Shown: positions 16,394-25,643, counted from the stretch's first letter. The stretch: 64,000 bases of DNA from Chthoniobacteraceae bacterium (GCA_031409335.1 JANNWY010000083.1:94692-158691), one strand, 5' to 3'. Notes: generated by a model not told the origin, from the sequence alone. A program made the numbers and translations.

Positions 16394-17511
16394 CGTTGCA
16401 GGCGCTTCATCCATGCGCCGAGCGACAGGCCGAGGCGCGTCGAAAGGATCGCCAGACCGGCGGCGGCGAGACCGCGGGCGAGTGTGAGATCGTCGCCCAT
16501 TTTCCAAAACGCGATGCGCGCCTGCGGGTCGATCTTGAGGAAAAAAGGCCAGTGCATTCCGCCGCCGGCGAAGAACCAATTGTCCGCGGCAGGGGTGAGG
16601 AGGAACTGCGCGAAGTGCCATTGCACCGCGATGAAAACAACGAAGAACGCGAGCCCGGCCTCGAACGCGCGACGCCAGTCTTGAAATCGCTGCTCGCGTC
16701 CGGGAAACCAGCGCAGCAGTGCATCCATCGCGAGTGCGGGCGCGATGAGCAGCACGGGAAATGGCGGGGGCATCAGGTGATCGAGCGCGCTGTAAATCGG
16801 CGCGACGAGCGGCTTCGCGGGAAAGAGCGGCAGCAGCCAGACCGCGAGGCACATCACGGCGAAATGCACGAGCGCGGCGAGACTCGCGGAGCAGCGCGAG
16901 CGCCCGGCGGCGCCGACAGCCGCGAGAACGAACGGGTAGAGCCCGCAGGCGAGTTGGTAGAATGCCGCGCTGTGCTGGCGATTCGGGTAGGCGAACGCGA
17001 TCGTGGCGACGCTGATCATCGCGAGCAGCGATCCGCCGGCGACGATGAAGTGGAATCCCCGGCGCGTGCAGCAGAGCAAGACGCCGATGAGCATCGCGAA
17101 GAACGCGCACGCTTTCACGATCTGCGGCGGATGCCAGATGCCGGCAGCGAGGCCGTAGTTCGATTGCCACCAAAGGTCGAGCAGCAGCGCGACGGCAAAC
17201 GCCAGCGCGCCCCACGCGACGACCCACCCGCCAGACGGCGCGTGAAATTTTCCGATCCGCACTCCGACGGCGCGCGCATTCAGCCAGACCAAACCCAGCG
17301 CAACGACGCCGCCAAGGGCGACGGAAAGATAGGTCGCGACATGAGGCGGCGCCCACACGAGGTCGATGCCGACCGAGGATTCCCATGAAAAATCCCACAG
17401 CAGACTGGATGGAATCCCGGCCGCCGCGAGGAGCAGAAGCCATGCGGTGAGCCGGAACCGATCGGGCGCACCGTTGGGGAAAGGCGGGGTTGGCGGCGGG
17501 GGAGTTTCCAT
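16390..17511 (-). CDS. Polytopic membrane protein with two degenerate D-x-x-W-x...PP(H/Q) motifs
   Basis: About 9 hydrophobic segments; WDFSWESSVGIDLVWAPPH and LDLWWQSNYGLAAGIWHPPQ; coupled to the downstream gene by an ATGA overlap. Confidence 0.75.
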   Translation of the reverse strand: METPPPPTPPFPNGAPDRFRLTAWLLLLAAAGIPSSLLWDFSWESSVGIDLVWAPPHVATYLSVALGGVVALGLVWLNARAVGVRIGKFHAPSGGWVVAWGALAFAVALLLDLWWQSNYGLAAGIWHPPQIVKACAFFAMLIGVLLCCTRRGFHFIVAGGSLLAMISVATIAFAYPNRQHSAAFYQLACGLYPFVLAAVGAAGRSRCSASLAALVHFAVMCLAVWLLPLFPAKPLVAPIYSALDHLMPPPFPVLLIAPALAMDALLRWFPGREQRFQDWRRAFEAGLAFFVVFIAVQWHFAQFLLTPAADNWFFAGGGMHWPFFLKIDPQARIAFWKMGDDLTLARGLAAAGLAILSTRLGLSLGAWMKRLQR

Positions 17512-17773
17512 GTCGGGGAAGTTATTACACCAACGCAGGACCATCCGACCAGAATCCGCTTGGAAGGAGTGGGGTCATCATGTCGAACGGCCCGGCAGCT
17601 CATGCGGCGCCCGCATGAACTGCGAACCACGCGCGCAGCGCCAGCCACTGATCGCCGCACGCGATCTCCACTGAACTGGACTAATCGCGAGATTTCGCTT
17701 GCCAAATCATCAAAAACAGAAGCTTCTCAGGCGAAGCAAAAACAAGCTGTCGCCCCCCCAAAAAAAAGTTTTC

Positions 17774-18373
17774 ATGAACACAAACATCTCCCGCCGCACT
17801 TCTACTCCACTGCTCCGCCTCGCCGCCCTCGGCTGCGCCACGGCAATGCTCGGAACTTCCGCCGATGCCGGGTTTCATCTTTGGAGTATTCGGGAACTTT
17901 TCACCAATCTCGACGGCACGGTCCAATTCATTGAATTTTCCACTACTTCCGGGAACCAGCAGTTTGTGAGTGGCCAGACGATTCAGGTGCAGGATCAAGC
18001 GGCCACGACGACCCACACGTTTACAATCCCTGCCAACCTGCCGTCAGATAGCGCCAATAAGACATTCCTTCTCGGGACTTCGACTCTCCTGGCGGCTGGC
18101 GGGCCTGCGCCGGACTATACGATCCCGAGCAACTTCCTCTTCACGGCGGGGGGGACGATCACTTTTTTTGGGGCCAATAGCGGCGCATATACGGCACTGC
18201 CCACCAACGGCGTGCTCTCTCGCGTTTTCCCAGGAACTACCAATCAAACGAACAGTCCAAGAAACTTCGCAGGCACCAGCGGTCAGGTAGTCGTGCCGGA
18301 ACCGACGACGTGGGCTTTGCTTGGCATCGGCGGCATCGGATGCTGCCTCCTGATGCGCCGCCGCGCGGCTTGA
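17774..18373 (+). CDS. PEP-CTERM sorting-domain surface protein
   Basis: Signal peptide (SADA), Thr/Gly/Asn-rich body, C-terminal VPEPTTWALLGIGGIGCCLLMRRRAA. Confidence 0.9.
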   Translation: MNTNISRRTSTPLLRLAALGCATAMLGTSADAGFHLWSIRELFTNLDGTVQFIEFSTTSGNQQFVSGQTIQVQDQAATTTHTFTIPANLPSDSANKTFLLGTSTLLAAGGPAPDYTIPSNFLFTAGGTITFFGANSGAYTALPTNGVLSRVFPGTTNQTNSPRNFAGTSGQVVVPEPTTWALLGIGGIGCCLLMRRRAA

Positions 18374-18394
18374 GCGTCGCACAGCCGCTTCCGC

Positions 18395-19270
18395 TCAAGG
18401 TTTGACGGACATCGCGTGCCGCATTTCGTCGATCAACTCGGCGGCTTTCCATTCGTTCCCCGCGAACACTTTCCGCACCCGACCCGCGGCATCGACAACC
18501 ACGGTGCGGAGCGAATGATCGAACTGTTCGCGGTTGCGCGCGACCATCAGGCCAAACTCGGCTCCGAGTCTTTGAATGTTCTCCGTCGAGCCGGTCGCAA
18601 AGTTCCATCGCCCGTTCCCGGTTTCGAAAGGTCTCGCGTATTCGGCAAGGCGCGCGGGAGTGTCGTATTCCGGGTCGATTGAAATCGAAAGCAGGTGCCA
18701 GTTCGCGTCCGCGGTTTCCGCTTCGAGCGCGCGCTGCGTCTCGGCGAAGTTGCGATTCATCAGCGGACAGAAATCCGGCAGCGGGCAGCGCGTGAAAATG
18801 AATGTGAACGCGAACGCGCGGCCTTTGAAATCGCTCAGGCGAAACGCCGCGCCGCGTTGATCCACGAGCGCGCAATCCGGCAGCGGCGCACCAGGCGGCA
18901 GCGAGCCCATTGCCTTCGTATCGATCGCCGCGAGATCGGCATGGCCGGTCTTTTTCAAACGATCGATCCAGCTCCGCGCATCCGACACTGAAAGGCGAAA
19001 CGCGAGCGTGTCGCCGGGCACCCATTCTGCCAGCGACTCGGCTTCCGCCACGTCGAATTCCATCGTCATTGCCTCCATAAAACCGGGGATCGTCTCGTGC
19101 GCGATCACTGCCTTGCGCCGTGTCGCGTCGAGCTTCTGCAAGACGCCCGCCACCTCGTAAGTGCCCACCTTTTCCAGCACCGGAGCAGCGCTCTGCGGCG
19201 CACGCCCGCAGCCGTAAAGCAGGGTGGCGAGAAGGAGCAAAGGAAGGAAACGCATCGGTTTTCTATTCAT
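18395..19270 (-). CDS. CusF-like copper-binding domain + SCO1/SenC lipoprotein
   Basis: Lipobox LLYGC, HETIPGFMEAMTMEF (CusF-like), FTRCPLPDFCP and DHSL (SCO), ISIDPEYDTP. Start 19270 or 19255. Confidence 0.88.
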   Translation of the reverse strand: MNRKPMRFLPLLLLATLLYGCGRAPQSAAPVLEKVGTYEVAGVLQKLDATRRKAVIAHETIPGFMEAMTMEFDVAEAESLAEWVPGDTLAFRLSVSDARSWIDRLKKTGHADLAAIDTKAMGSLPPGAPLPDCALVDQRGAAFRLSDFKGRAFAFTFIFTRCPLPDFCPLMNRNFAETQRALEAETADANWHLLSISIDPEYDTPARLAEYARPFETGNGRWNFATGSTENIQRLGAEFGLMVARNREQFDHSLRTVVVDAAGRVRKVFAGNEWKAAELIDEMRHAMSVKP

Positions 19271-19381
19271 TGGCCAGATGAAATTTAGCCATGAAAAAAT
19301 GCAAACGACGCGACGAAAAGCAATGGAGTCGGATGGCGTGCGGGGATTTACTTCCCAGCCACATCCATCCACTCTCACGAA

Positions 19382-20161
19382 ATGAACGCCTCCTTTCTCA
19401 ATCGCCTCCTTCTTGCACCGCTCGTCGCCGCCTGTGCCCCGCCCGCCTTCGCCGATGTCGGCGTGAATGCGAAACCGCTCGCTGGCGCCGAAGTCATCCT
19501 CGACGGTTCACGCGGGATGCTCGACGACAAGTGGACCTATTGGGAAGGGCCGGGCTTCAAATCCGCGCTGCCGATCAAATGGAAAATCGTCGATGATCCG
19601 GTGGACAAAGGCACTGTCGTGATGACCGATGACCGCGCCGCGGACGGGGGAAAATACGGGACGGCGGACATCGTGACGAAAAAAGCGTATCGCGATTTCC
19701 GGCTGCACATTGAGTTCCTCATCATGAAGCCCGGCGGCAACAGCGGCGTGTATTTGCAGAACCGGTTTGAGATTCAAGTGCTCGACGGCGACAAGACAAA
19801 GCACGGACTCGCCGCAGTGATCAACGAAACCGAATCGCCCTACCACGCCTACAAAGGTCTCGGCCAGTGGAACGCGTACGACATCGTCTTCCGCGCCGCG
19901 CGTTTCAAGGATGGGAAACTCGTCGAGAAGCCACTGGTGAGCATGTTTTTCAATGGCGTGAAAGTTCACGGAAACGTCGCGATCAACCAAGTCTGGGGCG
20001 GCCCGAACTCCGGGCTCGACGGCGGCAACGACGGCGGCAAGGGGATCACCGACACGCCGGGCGGATTGAAGCTGCAGAACGAAGGGCACGACGTGCGCTA
20101 CCGCAATGCGTGGATCAAGGAACTCGATCTCAAAGACGCGGACACAGACTTCAAGGAATAG
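19382..20161 (+). CDS. DUF1080 (3-keto-disaccharide hydrolase-like) exported protein
   Basis: Signal peptide; DFRLHIEF, GNSGVYLQNRFEIQVLD, GQWNAYDIVF, LQNEGHDVRYRNAWIKEL. Confidence 0.88.
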   Translation: MNASFLNRLLLAPLVAACAPPAFADVGVNAKPLAGAEVILDGSRGMLDDKWTYWEGPGFKSALPIKWKIVDDPVDKGTVVMTDDRAADGGKYGTADIVTKKAYRDFRLHIEFLIMKPGGNSGVYLQNRFEIQVLDGDKTKHGLAAVINETESPYHAYKGLGQWNAYDIVFRAARFKDGKLVEKPLVSMFFNGVKVHGNVAINQVWGGPNSGLDGGNDGGKGITDTPGGLKLQNEGHDVRYRNAWIKELDLKDADTDFKE

Positions 20162-20316
20162 TCTGATCGCGATCGAATCGCCTCACGATGGGCCGACTGC
20201 GTTCGATCCCAAGTCGGCTGCGGTTGGAAATCGTATAAGTTTTCGCCCGTCCAAGTCTTGACTCGCCGCGCTGCCGGACGTGTCCTCCACTTCTGCAAAT
20301 CGCACCGCCCACTTCC

Positions 20317-23300
20317 ATGAAAAAACTCCCATCCAAACTCTTCATCGCGGCGACCGCCGCCCTTGTCTCAGCCTCGTCCGCGTTCGCAAAGACCCCGGAC
20401 GGCAAGACGTGCGTGCTTCTGCTCGCCGGCAAACCATCGCACGGGCCGGGCGAGCATGAGCACAATGCGGGCGTAAAGCTGTTCGCAAAATGTCTCGCCC
20501 AGGGTGCGCCGAATGTCGTCACCAAGGTCCATCTCAGTGCGGATTGGCCGAATGCGGATGAACTTTCGCAGGCGGACACGATCCTGTTTTACGCGGATGG
20601 CGGCGGCGGGCATTTCCTGCTCGCGGGCGATCGCCTCGCGCAGATGGAGAAGGAGATGAAACGCGGGGCTGGCGTCGTGTGTTTGCATTACGCGGTCGAG
20701 TTCCCCGCGGACAAAGGCGGGCCGCAAATGCTGGACTGGATGGGCGGTTTTTTTGAAGCGAACTGGTCGGTGAATCCGCACTGGGTGGCCGAATACAAGG
20801 AGCTGCCGAAGCACCCGATTAGCAGTGGCGTGAAGCCCTTCAGCACGAATGACGAATGGTATTTCCATATGCGTTTTAACGAGCGCGCGGGGAAACTCAC
20901 GCACGTGCTCGCCACGGTCGCACCCGACAGCACGATGAGCCGCGGAGACGGGCCGCATTCTGGAAATCCCGCCGTGCGCGCGGCGGTCGCCGCAAAGAAA
21001 CCACAGACGACGGCGTGGGCATTTGAGCGGCCCGACGGCGGGCGCGGTTTTGGATTCACCGGCGGCCATTTTCACAAGAGCTGGGGCAATGACGATCAGC
21101 GGAAGCTCGTGCTGAATGCGATCCTCTGGACGGCGAAAGCGGACGTGCCGGCGAACGGCGTGGAGTCGAAGGTTTCAGAAGAAGAACTCAACGCGGATCT
21201 CGATCCGAAAGGCCAAAAGCGAAAGCCCAGCGCGGCAGCCGTGCCGAACGGGGAACGATACGGTCTCGAAGCCGCGAAGAAAAACATGGCGACATTCAAG
21301 ACACCCGACGGCCTCCAGCCCTCGCTCGTCGCCGCAGAGCCGATGATTCAGAATCCGACGAACATCGAAATCGATTCGCGCGGTCGCATCTGGGCGGTTG
21401 AGTGCTTGAACTATCGCGGTCATATGACGACGCGCCCCGAAGGAGATCGCGTGGTCATTCTCGAAGACACCGATGGCGACGGCGTGGCCGACAAGGACAA
21501 GACGTTTTACCAAAACACGGCGATGACGAATCCGCTCGGCATCTGTGTGCTGCCGCAGGCAAAAGGCACGAAGGTCATCGTCAGCGCCGCACCAAATGTC
21601 TGGCTGCTGACGGACAAGGATGGCGACGATGTGGCCGAAGACGCGAAGGTGATTTTCAAAGTGGGCGGCGTGTGGAACTACGACCACCAAATCCACGCGT
21701 TCGTGTTCGGACCCGACGGGAAATTTTATTTCAATGCGGGCAATTCCATCACCGAACTTTTCTGGCCGGACGGCTCCATCGTGAAGGATCTCGCGGGCAA
21801 CGAAATCACGAACAAGGGCAAGCCGTATCGCCAGGGCATGGTCTATCGCTGTGACCTCGATCTCGAAACTGGGAAAGCCAGCAACGTCGAAACGCTCGGG
21901 CACAATTTTCGCAACAACTACGAAGTCGCGGTCGATTCCTTCGGCACGATGTGGCAGTCCGACAATGACGACGACGGCAACAAAGGCGTGCGCATCAATT
22001 ATGTGATGGAGTTTGGCAACTACGGCTTCACGGATGAAATCACGGGCGCAGGCTGGCAGTCGCCGCGCACGAATCTCGAAAGCGAAATCCCGCTCCGCCA
22101 CTGGCACCTGAACGATCCCGGCGTCGTGCCGAATCTGCTGCAAACCGGCGGCGGCTCACCGACGGGGATTCTTGTCAACGAAGGGTCCGCGCTCGGCCCC
22201 CAGTTCACAAATCAACTCATCCATTGCGATGCCGGCCCGCGCACGGTCCGCGCGTATCCCGTGGAAAGTGACGGCGCGGGTTACAAGGCCACGATGGTCG
22301 ATGTGCTCACGTCTTCCGACGCATGGTATCGCGTCGCCGATCTCGCCATCGCGCCCGATGGGTCGCTCGTCGTCGCGGACTGGTACGATCCAGGCGTCGG
22401 CGGCCACGCGATGGGCGATCACGAGCCTGGGAAAGTCATGGGCCGCATCTACCGCGTCAGCGCGACCGGCGCGAAAGCCGCCACGCCGAAGCCGGACTTC
22501 GCCACCGCCGCAGGTGCCGCGCAGGCGCTGACCTCGCCGAATCTCCCCACGCAATACGCCGCGTGGACCGCGCTGCACGCGATGGGCGCGCAGGCCGAAC
22601 CCGAACTGCTCCAACTTTTCAAATCCAAAAACCCGCGCCACCGCGCCCGCGCCCTTGGCTTGCTCGCACGCTGCAAAGGCCACGAGACGGCGCACCTTCG
22701 CGCGGGTCTCGAAGACGCGGATGAAAACGTGCGTATCGCCGCCATCCGCCTCGCCACCACGCTCGAACGCAGCAAAGTCATCGACACCAGCCCGCTCGAC
22801 GAAGACCGCGCGCTCGTCGGCAAACTGCTCCGCGACACTCCCGCCGTCCGCCGCCAAATCGCGCTCTCGCTTTACCGCTCGCACAAGATCGAGCCGCTCT
22901 GGAGCGCGCTTGCCCAGCAGCACGACGGCAAGGATCGCTGGTATCTCGAAGCGCTCGGCATCGGCTCGATCGGAAATGAAGACGCCTGCTTCGACGCATG
23001 GCTCGCCGCCGTCGGTGACAAGTGGAACACGCCCGCCGGCCGCGACATCATCTGGCGCCTGCGCTCCGCAAAAAACGCAGAGTTCCTCGCCAAACTCATT
23101 GCCGACAAGTCGATCGCGGACGCCGACAAAGCGCGCTACTTCCGCGCGTTCGACTTCCTCCCCGCTTCGCCTGCGAAAACGAAAACGCTGGTCACGCTCG
23201 CTTCCGTCGGTTCCGCCGACGGCATCATCCGCGAGGCGCTCGTCCGGCTCAAAGGCGTCGATCTCAACGCCAATCCGGACGTCTCAAAAACCCTCAATGC

Positions 23301-24249
23301 AGCGCTCGACCGCGCCAAAGGAACCGCCTCTTTCATCGATCTCGTCCGCGATTTCGGAGCGCCGAATCAAGGCCCCGCCATCCTCGAAACCGCAGTCGCA
23401 ATCGCCAGTCAACCCGCCGCGTCCGACGCCGTGAAACTGCTTACGAAGCAGCCAGATTGGGAGCAAGTCGTCAACGACGCGCTGGCCTCACCAAAGGCAT
23501 CCGCCGTCGTCGATCTGCTCGGCACTACTGGCACCAGCGCGGGTATCAGCAGGCTTGCTTCGCTCGTTTCAGGCGAAAATCAGAAACCGGAAATTCGCCA
23601 GCAAGCCATCCGCGCCCTCGCCCGGACGCAATCGGGAGCGGCAAAGCTCATTGGCCTCGCGAAGGGGCAAAACTTGCCTGCGGAACTGGCACCCGTCGCC
23701 GGCAGCGCGCTCCGGCTTGTCGAATACACCAGCCTGAAAAAAGACATTGATGAACATTTCCCCGCACCCGCCGCACTCGGCGGAAAGCCGCTGCCGCCGC
23801 TGGCCGAACTCGTGAAATTGAAAGGCGACATCGACAAGGGCCGCGCCATTTTCGAGCGCGCGGAAATCTCGTGTGTCATGTGCCACCGCGTCGGAAATAA
23901 AGGCGCCGATTTCGGCCCCGCACTCAGCGAAATCGGCTCGAAATCGCCGAAGGAACAAATTTATGAAAACATCGTGAACCCCAGCAGCGGCTTGAGCATG
24001 GGCTTTGAAACGACGCAACTCGCGCTGAAAGATGGCGGCCTCGGCCTCGGCATCGTGCGCAGCGAAACCGGCGAGGAACTGGTGCTCGCCCTGCCCGGCG
24101 GCGCGAGTAACAAGTTCGACAAAAAGCAGATCGCCAAACGCGAAAAACTCACCACCTCGATGATGCCGAGCGGGCTGAATCAGGCGCTCACGCAGGATGA
24201 TCTCGTGAACCTTGTCGAATACCTATCCTCGCTCAAAACCGTGAAGTAG
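20317..24249 (+). CDS. ThuA-like + PVC-type membrane-bound dehydrogenase (beta-propeller) + HEAT repeats + heme c domain
   Basis: SHGPGEHEHNAG, LHYAV, DEWY, FTGGHFH; AAEPMIQNP, LEDTDGDGVADK, FRNNYE, VADWYDPGVGGH; CVMCH, GPALS, SMMPSGL. Confidence 0.88.
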   Translation: MKKLPSKLFIAATAALVSASSAFAKTPDGKTCVLLLAGKPSHGPGEHEHNAGVKLFAKCLAQGAPNVVTKVHLSADWPNADELSQADTILFYADGGGGHFLLAGDRLAQMEKEMKRGAGVVCLHYAVEFPADKGGPQMLDWMGGFFEANWSVNPHWVAEYKELPKHPISSGVKPFSTNDEWYFHMRFNERAGKLTHVLATVAPDSTMSRGDGPHSGNPAVRAAVAAKKPQTTAWAFERPDGGRGFGFTGGHFHKSWGNDDQRKLVLNAILWTAKADVPANGVESKVSEEELNADLDPKGQKRKPSAAAVPNGERYGLEAAKKNMATFKTPDGLQPSLVAAEPMIQNPTNIEIDSRGRIWAVECLNYRGHMTTRPEGDRVVILEDTDGDGVADKDKTFYQNTAMTNPLGICVLPQAKGTKVIVSAAPNVWLLTDKDGDDVAEDAKVIFKVGGVWNYDHQIHAFVFGPDGKFYFNAGNSITELFWPDGSIVKDLAGNEITNKGKPYRQGMVYRCDLDLETGKASNVETLGHNFRNNYEVAVDSFGTMWQSDNDDDGNKGVRINYVMEFGNYGFTDEITGAGWQSPRTNLESEIPLRHWHLNDPGVVPNLLQTGGGSPTGILVNEGSALGPQFTNQLIHCDAGPRTVRAYPVESDGAGYKATMVDVLTSSDAWYRVADLAIAPDGSLVVADWYDPGVGGHAMGDHEPGKVMGRIYRVSATGAKAATPKPDFATAAGAAQALTSPNLPTQYAAWTALHAMGAQAEPELLQLFKSKNPRHRARALGLLARCKGHETAHLRAGLEDADENVRIAAIRLATTLERSKVIDTSPLDEDRALVGKLLRDTPAVRRQIALSLYRSHKIEPLWSALAQQHDGKDRWYLEALGIGSIGNEDACFDAWLAAVGDKWNTPAGRDIIWRLRSAKNAEFLAKLIADKSIADADKARYFRAFDFLPASPAKTKTLVTLASVGSADGIIREALVRLKGVDLNANPDVSKTLNAALDRAKGTASFIDLVRDFGAPNQGPAILETAVAIASQPAASDAVKLLTKQPDWEQVVNDALASPKASAVVDLLGTTGTSAGISRLASLVSGENQKPEIRQQAIRALARTQSGAAKLIGLAKGQNLPAELAPVAGSALRLVEYTSLKKDIDEHFPAPAALGGKPLPPLAELVKLKGDIDKGRAIFERAEISCVMCHRVGNKGADFGPALSEIGSKSPKEQIYENIVNPSSGLSMGFETTQLALKDGGLGLGIVRSETGEELVLALPGGASNKFDKKQIAKREKLTTSMMPSGLNQALTQDDLVNLVEYLSSLKTVK

Positions 24250-24269
24250 TTCCGACCCGGTGAAGCGTC

Positions 24270-24286
24270 TGGCATCGCTGCTGCTA
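24270..24286 (+). promoter_or_regulatory. Putative sigma54 (-24/-12) promoter
   Basis: TGGCATCGCTGCTGCTA: GG-N10-GC, just before ATG 24298. Confidence 0.6.
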
Positions 24287-24297
24287 GGGCACGGCGT

Positions 24298-24672
24298 ATG
24301 TATCCGCTTCTCGTCAATGCCATCGCCGCCACTGCCGGCAATCTGATTGATCGCTGGGCGCAATCATCGGCACGGAAAACAACCGAGCGGAGCGTTGCCT
24401 TTCAGCAGGTGCTCGATAGTGCGGCAACGCCCCGGCAAACCGCCGCCGCCGCGATCGACAAGCTTCGCAGCGCATTGCTCGCGTCGCCCGAGATTCGCAC
24501 CGCGGTGGATTCCAGCGATCCCGCGAACCCGATGAGTCTCCAACTTTCACCCGACGGCACCGTGTCCGCCCAAGCTCCCGGGCAATCCCTCCGCCCAATC
24601 TTCCTCTCGCCTGAAACGGCGATGCTCGCCCGCTCGCTGGCCGCCGCGCTTCCGGCAAACGCTTCGCTCTAA
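24298..24672 (+). CDS. Hypothetical protein (124 aa), probably flagellar regulon member
   Basis: Clean ORF between the dehydrogenase and flgB, preceded by a sigma54-like motif. Confidence 0.7.
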   Translation: MYPLLVNAIAATAGNLIDRWAQSSARKTTERSVAFQQVLDSAATPRQTAAAAIDKLRSALLASPEIRTAVDSSDPANPMSLQLSPDGTVSAQAPGQSLRPIFLSPETAMLARSLAAALPANASL

Positions 24673-24812
24673 ATCGCGTCCGCGAAACCCGGCAAGAACC
24701 TCCACCGCGCGTCCTTCGCGCCGGGCAGAAACGTCCACATCCGGGCGCGCTGCCAACCCCGCGTCACCCGCATTCCTTGTATTTATGCCTATTCCCAGCC
24801 TTTCGATTTCAC

Positions 24813-24829
24813 TGGCACATGCGCTGCTA
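24813..24829 (+). promoter_or_regulatory. Putative sigma54 promoter of the flgB operon
   Basis: TGGCACATGCGCTGCTA: GG-N10-GC, just before flgB ATG 24842. Confidence 0.72.
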
Positions 24830-24841
24830 TGCCTGCTCCCG

Positions 24842-25219
24842 ATGATCGAGCAACTTTTTTCCGGGGCAAACTATCAAGCCACGAAACAGCTTTTGGACGT
24901 CGCAATCGTTCGTCACGAAGCGCTCGCCGCCAATCTCTCGAACATCGAAACGCCAGGTTACAAACGCGTCGATTTACCGAAGGACTTCGCGCAGGAATTT
25001 ACCGCCCACATGCGCGCCGGCGGTGGGCCAGCCGCGCCGAAACCAAGCATTGTGGAAGACTCCACCGCCACCGCGCGCCGCAAGGATGGCAACACCGTCC
25101 AGCTCGACAAAGAGCTGCTCGCCATGACGAAAAACGAAGCGGAGTACGACATGCTCACCGAATTCGTGAGTGGCTCGATCAAACAACTGCGGCTCGCCAT
25201 CACCGGACGCTCCGCCTGA
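24842..25219 (+). CDS. flgB: Flagellar basal-body rod protein FlgB
   Basis: RHEALAANLSNIETPGYK, RKDGNTVQLDKE. Confidence 0.93.
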   Translation: MIEQLFSGANYQATKQLLDVAIVRHEALAANLSNIETPGYKRVDLPKDFAQEFTAHMRAGGGPAAPKPSIVEDSTATARRKDGNTVQLDKELLAMTKNEAEYDMLTEFVSGSIKQLRLAITGRSA

Positions 25220-25224
25220 TCCGT

Positions 25225-25632
25225 ATGAACTTCATCTCTGGCATCAACGCCACCTCCAGCGCGCTCGACGCGGAGAAACTGCGCATGGACATCGTCGCCG
25301 AAAACATCGCGAACGCCTACACCACGCGCGGTCTCGACGGAAAAGTGTATCAGCGCAAGACCGTCGCATTCGAGGCACTGATGAATAGTGGAAGCGAACG
25401 CGCAAGCGGCGTCCGCGTCGCGGAAATCGGGGCCGACGAAACCCCCGGCGAATTCATTTACAATCCGACGCACCCGCACGCGAACAAGGAAGGCATGGTG
25501 CAGATGCCAAATGTCAGCGTCTCCACGGAAATGGTCGATTTGCTCGCGGCATCGCGGGCGTATGAGGCGAATCTTTCCGTCATCCGAAACGCGCGCCAGA
25601 TGGCCGCGAAAGCACTCGCGATCGGTCGCTAA
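25225..25632 (+). CDS. flgC: Flagellar basal-body rod protein FlgC
   Basis: MNFISGINATSSALDAEKLRMDIVAENIANA, YNPTHPHAN..G.V.MPNV, EMVDL..ASRAYEAN. Confidence 0.95.
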   Translation: MNFISGINATSSALDAEKLRMDIVAENIANAYTTRGLDGKVYQRKTVAFEALMNSGSERASGVRVAEIGADETPGEFIYNPTHPHANKEGMVQMPNVSVSTEMVDLLAASRAYEANLSVIRNARQMAAKALAIGR

Positions 25633-25643
25633 ACCTTACACCT

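Noticed and set aside
14864..17443. 859-aa ORF as one protein, and a true pmoCAB/amoCAB operon
   Set aside because: The first ~350 aa are an off-frame overlap of the membrane gene; no PmoA-like gene is present and key His ligands are substituted.
17753..17767. C7-A8 homopolymer before the PEP-CTERM start as a phase-variation switch
   Set aside because: The runs are short and non-coding, and nothing here shows length variation.
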